A stretch of DNA of 63,941 nt, the filler included, from Bigelowiella natans CCMP2755 (taxonomy: Eukaryota; Protista; Cercozoa): NCBI GenBank assembly GCA_000320545.1. It is 5 parts of 5 records of this genome, joined end to end, with 100 filler letters (N's around TTAATTAATTAA, not from the genome) between each part and the next. Parts side by side here need not be neighbours in the genome. Positions count along the whole stretch, not along the records: positions 30,256 to 43,271 come from ADNK01000957.1; positions 43,372 to 62,782 come from ADNK01003557.1; 3 more parts are not named here. One strand, given 5' to 3'. The translations under genes and the position numbers were made by a program. Below, in pieces: positions 40,465 through 51,600 of the stretch. Within the stretch, counting starts at the first letter, position 1, and each line of letters opens with the position of its first letter. Under the pieces are notes generated by a model. That model saw only the letters and a program-made list of their open reading frames with translations, was not told the origin of the DNA and searched no databases.

Positions 40465-41145
40465 GAGTTGTTTGAGTCTACGTCATTCGGCTGCTGTTTT
40501 CTCCTAGATCTACACTTTTTTTTTTTTTTTTTCCTCTCTATTTTCCCCTTTTTCTGGCCGTTATTTTCCGTTGTTCGACCGATGTTTTTCAGGAGAAATT
40601 GGGCCTTCTAGCAGGCACAGCCCAGCGTGTCCCGCTATCGATGACGTTCGAAGTATCTAGCTTGGAAAAATTCCCAAAGATACCGCCCAACCTGTGCTTG
40701 TTTTCAAGAATGTGCGATTGAGCAAGTGTGTCGCAATTTTCAAGATCGTTATTTTAGAAGTTTTATCATTAAATTTTTGACTTTGTGTGTTTTTCCTGTT
40801 GTTGATATTGTTGTTGTTTTTGCCGTTGTCGTATTTCCGATCTTTCTTCGACATTCATCATCCGTGTCCTCACCCGTGCCTGCATCATACGAGGGTCGAC
40901 TGACGGCAGGGGAGGTGGCAGCGGCAATGGAAGACACCCAAAGGGAATTTTGATCGGATGAATGACAAGGCCACTAGCAGCGGTCTGAGTAACTAGCGAG
41001 AGACCCTTCACATCGTGAAGGAAAGAAGATGATTCAGATAGATTTGATTACTTTCTCAATATCATAATGATGTGCTCACGACTATCCCACCTCTCACAAT
41101 GATGATGCTAACAGCTACTTTCCTTCTACCCATAGCTGCTGCCGT

Positions 41146-41926
41146 ATGCTCCAGACAGCGCGAGTGATGAAGCTGCACAGATTCTCTGGGAACGCATTCT
41201 GCCTCACCGTATTTCTGACAGCCTCTTTCATCGCGGTGGTGAACGTCACGTGGCTCCGTCCTGGTTCCTCAGATTCGCTTCTCACACGCGGTTCCCACCT
41301 CTCATTCCCGACTGAAGTCGTCGGAAATGTGCTCCCAAGTCAAGCAGACTTCAAGTACAACTTGGTAAGAAGAAAGCTTTGTTTGTATCCTTCTGACCGA
41401 GAACGGCTACGATTCGAATTTCTTACTTAAAAGTTTTAATGTCAGGTGACAGCCAAAGCGCCCCTGATTCCCTCTTCGTCGTCAAGACAATCCAAAAGCC
41501 CACGTGAGTTTCAAGAGATGTGCCGACGCCGTGCCATGGCCTCAGCGTGGTTGGATGCTATGAAGTCGCATCCGAAAGCGCTTGAGATGACGGTAGTAAA
41601 TAGAGATGTACTGCCCAAAAACCTAATCGAAGCACAAACAGAAATATGAGCTACATTGATTCTTCAGTATCATCTGTGGCTTCTGGCAAGATAGAGATCA
41701 TCCTAATTCACAACTCTAAACGCTTTTACATGCAGCTTTCAGCTCTTCGGAGTACCAGCGACGTGAGCCTCAGCGAATTGTACGCCGAGACCCTGATTGA
41801 AATCCTGCGGCTGGGAAGCTTCGATCCAGGAATCCATGCACACAATAATGTCGTCGAAAATCTCCGCGGTCTTATCAAAGATTGGGCTACGTTCCTGGCA
41901 CAAGAGCAGAAGCAGTCAACAGTAAA

Positions 41927-41980
<54 letters not shown>

Positions 41981-43271
41981 CGAGGAGGGGGGAAGGGGTT
42001 GGGAAACAGCTAAAGAGAATAGTTCTTGATGAAGGAAGCGCTTCATACTTCACAAGCGTTCCACCACATCTTCATCATCATCAGGCAGCACAGAATAAAC
42101 GTTGTGTTGCGGGTGTTCTCTTCTTTAGGGCATGCATTCTGCTCTGATGCGGGAAGGAGGCTTTCGCTTGATGGAGAAGCTAGGGATATCGGTTAATATT
42201 GCTGGAATGCTGTGGAACCGAACATCCCTACCAGAACTCTTGGCAAAGGTAGCAACAACACCACCAACACTCGTCGTGAGAAAAGGGTCAGACAGAAGAA
42301 GAAGAAGAAGAAGAAGAAGAAGAAGAAGAGGAGGAGGAGAAGGAGGAAGAAGAAGCTCTTCACAAATTCAATTCCGACGAACGCGCGCGCGCCTGCTTCC
42401 ATACGATGGTCAGCTGAGACATAAACAACGCGAACATATCTCTGATACATTAACACGGTCTGTTGATGATAATAACATTGTGCTACGACGCCGCGGCTGT
42501 TCCGAAGGATGCTCGCGAGTCAGCTCCCTCTTCTTCTTCTTCTTCTTTCCTCGGCAAGACGGACAGCACTGCGGGAACGACGATATGGAGCACGTGTTAC
42601 ACAATTGTCCTTACAAAGTCGGCTATCCTAGCAGCAACATCGGAGGAGGAGTCTTCGATGATGATATTGTCCTCCTCATTGCCGTCGCTCTTAACACCTT
42701 CGGCTGCTATCAGTCAGTTACGAGCGCCTCCACCGCCCCTCCTGCGAGAGGAGTTGGGCCTTAATGAAGAAGAGGAGCACAGCAAGAAGCAGCAGCAGCA
42801 GCAGCAGCAGCGGCAAAGCTTCCTCCGAGCATTCTCTTCGTCGCTTGCAGGTGTGAGTGAATTTGTCGCAATACGGCTCGCAAGTACGTCCCGTCTCCAA
42901 GAACGCCTGAAACTGATACGCGCACTTGTTTCTCTACCTACTCCACCTCTCTCCCCCGAGAACTTGATGATGGCAGGAGCCATCGAACCAGTGCTGAGGG
43001 GGGTTGGGAGGAGGGGGGTCAGGACGAGGGGGGGGGGGGATAGAAAATTGTCGGGATATGAACGGGAAGATCGCCCAGGGAGTGGTCGTCGCCCGAAAAA
43101 CGAGGAGGAGGAGGAGGAGGAGGAGGAGGAGGAGGAGGTCGACGGAAATGAGCTCGAAGTGGAATTAGGGGTTTCTTTCTTGCTGAATTCCTGCAAAGCT
43201 TCCAGCTCCTTCATCCAGCGAGCATCACGAACGGCCCCAAAGTTGATTGCCATCCCTTTCCGCCCATATCT
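41146..43271 (+). CDS. Multi-exon gene with N-terminal hydrophobic segment, helical/low-complexity protein, truncated by contig end
   Basis: Exon-like ORFs with GT/AG borders (41146-41363, 41446-41590, about 41740-41920, 42463-43271). No family recognised. Confidence 0.4.
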
Positions 43272-43371
43272 NNNNNNNNNNNNNNNNNNNNNNNNNNNNN
43301 NNNNNNNNNNNNNNNTTAATTAATTAANNNNNNNNNNNNNNNNNNNNNNNNNNNNNNNNNNNNNNNNNNNN
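43272..43371. other. Assembly linker, contig junction
   Basis: Same cassette. Confidence 0.98.
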
Positions 43372-43658
43372 CGGTCTTGTTTAAATCTTTGAAGTTTGAC
43401 TTGACCATATCGATACACAACAAAGCTCCTTGGAAGCTACAGAGCCACTACTACTACAACTACTACTACTGCTCCATGAGCTTTATCATATCCTTAGCCT
43501 CTCATCACCTGATGCTAAGGGCCGAGCAGAACGCCTGAGAAACGGTGTTCCTTCCATTTTTCGGAGCAGCTGCCTCCCCCTCGGCATGTTCTCCTTCCTC
43601 CTCATTCTCCTCGATGACCTCCACGGTGTTATTATACGTTCTTCGTAATAAAGTATTC

Positions 43659-43692
<34 letters not shown>

Positions 43693-44576
43693 GAGGAGGA
43701 GGAGGAGGAGGAGGAGGAGGAGGATCAGCAGCAGGAAAGCCAGCAACAGCATACGCGTATATATGCATAATAAGCAGCGGTGAAGAATGACGATAACCTT
43801 CGACGACCACAGCGTCGCTTCCATATTAGTGATATTAACAAACAGCAAAGATGACAGGGAAAAGCAACTTTATACCATCACACCTGTTTCTACATCACAC
43901 CTGTTTCTGAAGGTCACTTCGGCCCCGTATTGAAGGCCTATTTTGACCAACGAGCTGGTACAAGCACAAGGAGGACAATATCATTACAGATGGGGAGGGG
44001 ATGAGAGAGAGCAGGGGATCTAATCGAGGGGAATCGTCATCATCATCACCGTAGTTTATCGACGTCATCGTAGCTCTCAATTGCCTCGTTAAGTCTCTGC
44101 AGGGCCTACGACCGATGCCATGCGTGATGATAAGAGGGAATTCAGGCAAGGGAGAAGGAGGGGGGACAAATATGATTGGAGATTAGGAGGAAGGTAGATT
44201 TCACGTGCTAATGCATGAGCACTCTCTCAAGCCGTTATTTCGCCATACATGTGGTGTGCTCATTAGTGCAGGAAGGGTTAGGAATGGAAACAACACCTTC
44301 GGAGCGGAGTTGACGTACCCGTTTATCATCTGCGATGGTTGACGCATGGGTGATGATGGTAGGGAGGACGAAGAAGAAGAAGAAGAAGGAGGAGGAGGAG
44401 AGGGCGGAGATATGAAAAGGATGAAGATGGTAAGGGTGAGATAGCGATGAGAGTGATTATGGATCAAGGAGCGAGGGTTTGTTAAATCGATATTAACTTG
44501 TTGCATCAGCATCATCATATATCTCCTATTTCTATACACACACACATACACACACACACACACGCTATTAATATAT

Positions 44577-44634
<58 letters not shown>

Positions 44635-45021
44635 ATGACCGCCCAGTAGCGTTTTTCCTTATTCTTGAGCTCATTCGCAAGCGCTGAGAGGTTGTCGATT
44701 TGCCTATCTCTGACTTGCCCCCTCTCCTTCCCCATCTACCGACCGGTGTAAGAAGAAAAGAAGAGGTACACGTGACGATGATATTACTATTTATGTACTA
44801 TCATTTTCAAATCTCCCCCCCCTTTCCCTCCCTCTCTCCCACCTCCCTTTTATCGCCAGTACCTTCACAAAATAGTTGTGGTAGGCGGTAGCAGGCCCAG
44901 CAGCAATGGCGCATGCGGGACCTATCAGAGAGCATAAAATCGATTACGAAGAATTTTTATTAAACATTTCTCCTGAAGAGGTAATTCTCGGCTAATCACA
45001 AAACTTCTAGATTCTAAGATT

Positions 45022-45058
<37 letters not shown>

Positions 45059-45125
45059 CCTTACCTTGGGTCATATCGTGAGCGTAGCTCGCAACCCCAT
45101 CCTCAGGGGTTACTGAAGGATTCAC
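43372..45125 (-). CDS. Probable multi-exon gene of unknown function, truncated by contig end
   Basis: Phase-compatible exons ALQRLNEAIESYDDVDKLR|SLVKIGLQYGAEVTFRN and ...FCSALSI|SFQGALLCIDMVKSNFKDLNK. Confidence 0.35.
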
Positions 45126-45958
45126 AAACTCGAGGCAATTAAATTGGGAGGCGACCTAAATCACACCATTCGCTCCAATGAATAAACGGCAAACCATAGC
45201 AACTACTGCGGCCAAGACGATAAAGCATAGAGGACTAAAAAAACTGCAGCCCCCTGATTATTTGAATCTCTCTCTCTCTCTCACCCAAGCCCCTTTGACC
45301 CTTTCACCCCTCACCCCTCAATGAATATCTAACAGTAGCACCTGGAACATCCCGCCTTTACAGATCGACTCGCTGTGCAAGTTTAGAATGTCATTTGTTG
45401 TATTATGCCGCACTTTCAGGTTGGTTTTCTTTCCGTCGCCTTTGGTTAAAAGCAATGAACATGGAGATGCAGCGCTAGGATGATAGATTGAAGTAGCAAT
45501 GGTGGATTTGTGGGGAAGCATTGTTGAGTTTCGACTTAAAAAGAGATTGTCACTGTCGCCTTGCAAAAAATGCAGCGAGGTGTGAGAACTGAAAGGCAAA
45601 AAAAACACGCAAACTGCAACAACCTTCCGCTTCAGTCCACTGCCGGACGCCTTGAAGCGCTTGCCCTTTTTCTTTCCACTCTTTTTTTGCCCTCGCATGG
45701 GAAGGCAGGCTTGGGGTCAGGGTTCAATTGGTGGGGGGTCATTGTGCGAGCTAGGTTCTTGGTTTTGGCGCCGAAATCGGAACTTGGCGCGGAAACAGAA
45801 AGCGCTGCCGAGTTTTTTTTGGAGTTGTGGTGCAGCAAAACGTGTGCACCACAAGTTGAATTCAATGATGTTGTTGACAACATCGGGGATTGTGCTTGCG
45901 TGCGACAACATGGCCTCTGTGACTCATGGTGACATGGCACCATGAGTCACGTTGCAAT

Positions 45959-47698
45959 TCACCGAATCGACAAATTGCCAAAGACACATGGTGTCGGAAA
46001 GTGCGCAAGCATGCATGCATTGCACACGCAAACGTGCATGACTGACACACTGGCACTGACACTGAACTTGAACAAAACCACACGCCTGGCATGCTGCCTG
46101 ATGTAAGCACGCGCTTGGTGGTCATGACCGACCACACCACTCCCCCCCCCTCCCTTCCAAGAAGAAAAATGAGGGGTCATGCCCCAAGAAACAAAAGGGC
46201 CAAAATCCACCTTCTTGCGGCTGCGTTCACCAGGTGGAATGTCACTTCGCGAAATTCGTCCCCCCTCCGTTCCAACAGATTCTGAAGAACCAGAAGAACC
46301 ATCAGAACGATCAGAAACATCATCGCTCACGTCATCCGGGGAGACTTCCTGCAGCGGAGGGAGCTCCCTGAAGGCACCATGCGGTGAGAGGCACTTGGCA
46401 TGAACATCATTTTCATGTCCCGCAGCGAGGTCAACAACAACACAAGTGTTCCCCCTCTTGCTTTTCGACACAATGGTGACCGGCCCCGTCTTGTCAACTT
46501 GGTGCTTTTTCGTCACAACATTCTGGCTTCTGTTCTCTTTGCGGTGCAACCAAACGAGGTCTCCAACCGCAAAAGAATCTTGGACGGGAAGTTTGTCATT
46601 GCGGCGGAAATTTTCCACTGGCTTGCAGTCTTCCTTGAGCGCAGCATGAAGCAAGCGAAATTTTTCAAGCCCTGGACACGTTCATCCAACTGAACCACAT
46701 CCGGCTAGCCGGGGCACCAAGACTTTCAGCATTCATGTCCGCGAGGAATCTTGGTTGATGTCCAAGTGAAAGCCTCGCGGGAGAATGTCCATTTTCATCG
46801 GTGGTGGCATTGACACCAAGTGCAACCATGTCCAGGTGCCTGTGCCAATTCTTCGCATCGTCAAGGTTCTGGAGCAGCACAGCCACAATCCCATCATTTG
46901 TGGCTCTGGGCTTGCGCCCCAGAACCGAGTTCCCTTGGCTGTTCTCAGCCGACATTTTGAGGAACTTTGGCCTCAGCCCGTTCTGCAGATGTGACATCAC
47001 ATTCCCTGCATTTTCCGGGCCCTGATCCACAAGGATCTTTTCAGGGCAACCATGCTGCAAAATGCAAGTCATGACAAAATCTGCAGTCTTGGCTGAGCTG
47101 ATTCTTTTGACAGCTCGCGCATGAATGCATCCAACAGCCATTGCACAAAGCGTCTGGATGCAATGCTTGGTCCCTTCAACAGGACCAATGGTGTCAACCG
47201 CAATGATGCCATTGAGCTCCGCATCCGCATGTTGCTGGTGAGGGGTCTGCCTCATGCGTGTCTTGGTCCGCACACACACTCGGCAGCCCCTTGCAAACTT
47301 GCGGCAATCCCGCTGCAGCCCGCTAGCCCGGGCCAACGATGAGCACGCAAAACCCGGGCAGCCAAATCATTCGCATTGCGATGATTTGACACGTTGTCAA
47401 CGTGGTGAGCCTGCATCACTTTGATGTGATCCGCAGCTGGAACACACAGCTGCAGCGGGATGCCACCGCCCACCTGGAAAGCTCCCACACGATGCAGCGC
47501 ACCATCGACGATCTTGCACCGCGACCGCACCAGTGAATGGTTGGCGCCATTTGCATCCTGCAGCGCAGCAATTGTTTTGCCAAAGTCTTGTTCTTGATGC
47601 GCCAGCTTGCATTCCGGCAACAGCGATTCCATGCGCACTTCCATCGCCCCACACTCCAACGTGGGCGCAATGCTGCACACAGATGCACAGGCCACCAC
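45959..47698 (-). pseudogene. Gypsy integrase remnant (Zn-binding, rve core, GPY/F domain), frameshifted
   Basis: IVDGALHR...QLCVP...QAHH...NH...AHRWPG, CRVCVRTK, IIAVDTIGP, HGCPEKILVDQG, NWHRHL...GHSPARLSLGHQPR, FAVGDLVWL...TGPVTIV...VHAKCLSPH, spread over three ORFs (47698-47252, 47336-46665, 46654-45959). Confidence 0.88.
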
Positions 47699-48306
47699 CA
47701 GTGCAATTAGCCAACAGACGCGCTGCTAGCTGATGCTTGTGCTTGCACGTTGATGCAATCAATGCCATTGAACACAAAACACTGAAACCCTGATGATGAA
47801 AATGCATTGTGAGCTCAAGCATGCATGCCAAACAAGCTCCCAATGGGACATTGCCGCTCGCACGCGGGTCTTTTGTCCCCCATCCATGTGCTTCATCATC
47901 AAGCCACACCAGAAGAATGCAACCATCACCTGCATGATGCCAACATGTCACATCATGCCAACGTGTTGTCTGAACCCATGTGACATCGTGCAGAAACCCC
48001 CATGCCACGCATGCAACATGCACCTCTTTGCATGCCAACGCGCATCAACACAGACAGGCCCACATGCATGCACAAACTTGTGCACAAAAGAAAACATGAT
48101 GAAAGCCAAACCTGTGCATGCCACCCAATGTGTGCATGACTTGGAAAGCCTGTCGCACTGCCCAATGCAAATGCGCAAGCATGCATGCATTGCACGTGCA
48201 AACGTGCATGACTGACACACTGGTGCCAACACCAAACTTGAACAAAACCACATGCCTAGCATGCTGCCTGATGCAAGCACGCGCTTGGTGGTCATGACCG
48301 ACCACA
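45992..48306 (-). mobile_element. Degenerate, internally deleted Ty3/gypsy element (two LTRs plus integrase), TpA-hypermutated
   Basis: Direct repeats 48306-48151 and 46136-45992 start TGTGGTCGG and end CGACA. A 4-bp TSD ATGG lies at 45988-45991 and 48307-48310, and a polypurine tract at 46141-46158 abuts the 3' LTR. No gag, RT or RNase H recognisable. Confidence 0.85.
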
Positions 48307-48666
48307 ATGGTGTTGCGTGTTCATCGTGTGCATGCAAAGTGTGGGGCGGTTGTTCCTGGCGTTGCAATGCGCATCAATTCTGGTGCACAATGTGCAGTCA
48401 ACAACAATGACAACAATTTCCCAAAGCCAAATGAAGTGCATCAGAGCAGCACGAAATGCGGCGGTCATGGCCGTGCGTCCATTTGTTCATCTCTCCTCAC
48501 CAAGATGCATGGCTTTCGTGCATGTTCGCACGTGCAGTGGTTCTCTTGACTTTTTGACAGGTGGAGTGTCAGGCCACATCCCCATTTCTTTCCATGTCGA
48601 CCTTTCCCTTTTTGGTTTCTCGGTTTTGCAGTGATGCGTCTCCTCCTGCCCTTCCTTCCTTTTTCT

Positions 48667-51600
48667 TCATTTTTTGCATTTTGACATGAGTGAGGACATC
48701 ATAGCTTTGCATTTGGAACCATCATCATGCATTTGGCAGGCAGAGTACACGTCAAGAGCCTTTTTGTGTTCCGTGATCGCCTCCGGGTACTTCCCCATGC
48801 TGTCGTACACAAGGCCGATGTTGCGGTAGCTAGTAGCCACATCCGGATGGGGTTGTTCCGTGCCGTACACCTTCAACTTCATAGCAAGACTCTTCTTGTA
48901 TTCCGTGAGCGCATCCGGGTACTTTCCCATGCTATCGTACACCCCGCCGATGTTGTTGTAGCTAGTCGCCACATCCGGATGGGGCTTCTCCGTGCCGTAC
49001 ACCTTCAACCTCATAGCAAGACTCTTCTTGTATTCCGTCAGCGCCTCCGGGTACTTCCCCATGACTTTGTACACCATGCCGATGTTGTTGTAGCTTTGAG
49101 CCACATCCGGATGGGGTTTCTCCGTGCCGTACACCTTCAACCTCATAGCAAGACTCTTCTTGTGTTCCGTCAGCGCCTCCGGGTACTTCCCCATGACTTC
49201 GTACACTCCGCCGATGTTGTTGTAGCTAGTCGCCACAGAAGGATGGGGTTGTTCCGTGCCGTACACCTTCAACCTCATAGCAAGACTCTTCTTGTATTCC
49301 GTCAGCGCCTCCGGGTACTTCCCCATGCTACGGTACACTATGCCGATGTTGTTGTAGCTAGTCGCCACATCCGGATGGGGTTGTTCCGTGCCGTACACCT
49401 TCAAATATATACCAAGACCCTTCTTGTATTCCGTGAGCGCCTCCGGGTACTTCCCCATGCTTTTGTACACTACGCCGATGTTGTTGTGGCTAATCGCCAC
49501 AGAAGGATGGGGTTTCTCCGTGCCGTACACCTTCAAATAGGTGCCAAGACTCTTCTTGTATTCCGTGAGCGCCTCCGGGTACTTCCCCATGCCATCGTAC
49601 ACAAGGCCGATGTTGTTGTAGCTACCAGCTACATACGGATGGGGTTTATCTTTACCGTACACCTTCAACCTCATACCAAGACTCTTCTTGTATTCCGTGA
49701 GCGCCTCCGGGTACTTCCCCATCCTATAGTACACTGCGCCGATGTTGTGGTAGCTACTCGCCACATCCGGATGGGGTTTCTCCGTGCCGTACACCTTCAA
49801 CCTCATAGCAAGGCTCTTCTTGTATTCCGTCAGCGCCTCCGGGTACTTCCCCATCCTATAGTACACTCCCCCGATGTTGTTGTAGCTAGTCGCCTCATCC
49901 GGATGGGGCTTCTCCGTGCCGTACACCTTCAACCTCATATCAAGACTCTTATTGAATTCCGTCAGCGCCTCCGGGTACTTCCCCATGCTATCGTACACTG
50001 TGCCGATGCTGTAGTAGATGCTAGCCATTTCTGGTACATTTTCTGTTTTTGATTCAGTAGAAACTAATGCTTTAGTTTCAGTTTCAGCGAGTTTGGCGCT
50101 TAATCTGAACCAACGTAAAGCTTTATCATAAAGGCATGCAACGGCACAGGCCTTTCCTAAAGCCCTTGCTAGCCGCCAACTGTGTTCTGCTTTGGAGGAC
50201 TTGTGCAGCGTGGTTCCGTGCTGGAGCACTGTAGCCCATTCTTCCTGGCGGTTGTGAGATTCACTATAGTCTCCTCCGTAGGCAGTCAGGGCTTCAACCA
50301 GATTTCCAATGTTAATTTGTGGCTGCAGGTACCTCACTATCTCTTGCGTGACAGCGTGCATGTTTATACAATTGGTTTCTTGGCTCCATTGTATCAAGGA
50401 ATAACGCTTTAGAAGCGCTAACGCGACGCGCACGTCTTCGTCCTCTTCAGAGACAGTCAGCTGCCCGTCATCGTTCTTTTCATCTTCCTTGCAATCCTTG
50501 ATATCCTCAACCTGATTGGGCGATTCGTCAAATTTTAGAAGAAGAACCAGTTCCAATGGAATATTTTTCGGATCCAGGTACGCGAGCGAACGCAACAACG
50601 CGAGGCAGTCCACGCACGAACTTGCAGCGGTGTGCTTGATAGCGTCCAGGTTCTAGCAGACCACTTCGACGATGCTCTGTCCGTACCTGATGCTCTTGTT
50701 GGGGTTCTTAATCAGAAACTTTTTCCTTCCTAGAGACTGCTTCTTTCGCAAATTCTCGATGCGATCTGCTACCTTGCAGTAGCCCATCTCTTTGCAGTGG
50801 CTGAAGAATTGCGCTAGGATCACGGGCATACCCGAGAACTCGGTTTTCAGGTACTCCATGCAGTCCTTCGCATCTCTGTCTTTTGGGTCGGGCATTTTTA
50901 GGCCGAATTTGCGGGCGAACTGCACCAGGTCTTCTTCATCCATGAGCCCGTCAATCGGCCAGCGTTTGACGTCCAGACTCCAATCGGTGGTTTTGCTGTT
51001 TCTAGACGTTAGGATCACGTGTCCTTTGTTCCTAGGTAAGAACTCAGCTATGTCACTGCAATCACCAACATCGTCGAACACCAGGAGGCAGCGTTCAGTC
51101 TCGATTCGTTCCCTGATGGTTTGGATAGCCGATTTGATGTCCTTTTTGTCAACAACGTGCAGGCCTGGGATGTTCTTCTCAGCGATGCGCATGTACCCGA
51201 TCTTGAGCTGCTCAGTTGTTTGGCAATCTAGCCAAAACGCGTAAGAGTATTGACCGGTCTCAATGAGGGCGTCGAACAACCGGACGGCCAACTGGCTCTT
51301 CCCAATGCCCCCATGGCCACAGAGCAGATGCACTTGTTTGCTGGTATCTTTGAGTTCATCCAAAACCTGCTTGACTACTTTCTCCCGCCCAACGAAGAAA
51401 GACACTTGGTCTGGGCCGGGGATGAGCGTCATTGAAGCTCGGAGTCTCATCTGAAATTTAATTTAAAAATGAAATGTACACACACAGATGTAAAGATCAA
51501 GTTTTAGATGCCACGCGGTTTCCTCGTGGAAAGGAGGGAAGGCAAATGGGGGATGGGTCCTGTACCGACCGAGGGGGGAGGAAAGAAAAAAATGTCGGCG

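Noticed and set aside
43876-43909. 17-bp direct repeat duplicating a splice-donor-like site
   Set aside because: Small local duplication; no evidence that the second donor is used.
47397-48634. Many Cys/His/Met-rich ORFs on both strands
   Set aside because: By-product of TpA loss, which removes TAA/TAG stops and Tyr codons; not genes.
45545-48660. CpG methylation decay or classical RIP as the explanation for the TG/CA excess
   Set aside because: CpG remains frequent and TpA is lost rather than gained; conserved Tyr codons are the ones altered. A minor CpG contribution is still possible.
48760-50030. Regularly spaced repeats with variable segments, superficially CRISPR-like
   Set aside because: In-frame 126-bp protein-coding units, no unique spacers, no cas genes, eukaryotic context.
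48727-50052. 441-aa plus-strand ORF with repeats
   Set aside because: Antisense shadow of the TPR array; the sense strand has recognisable domains.
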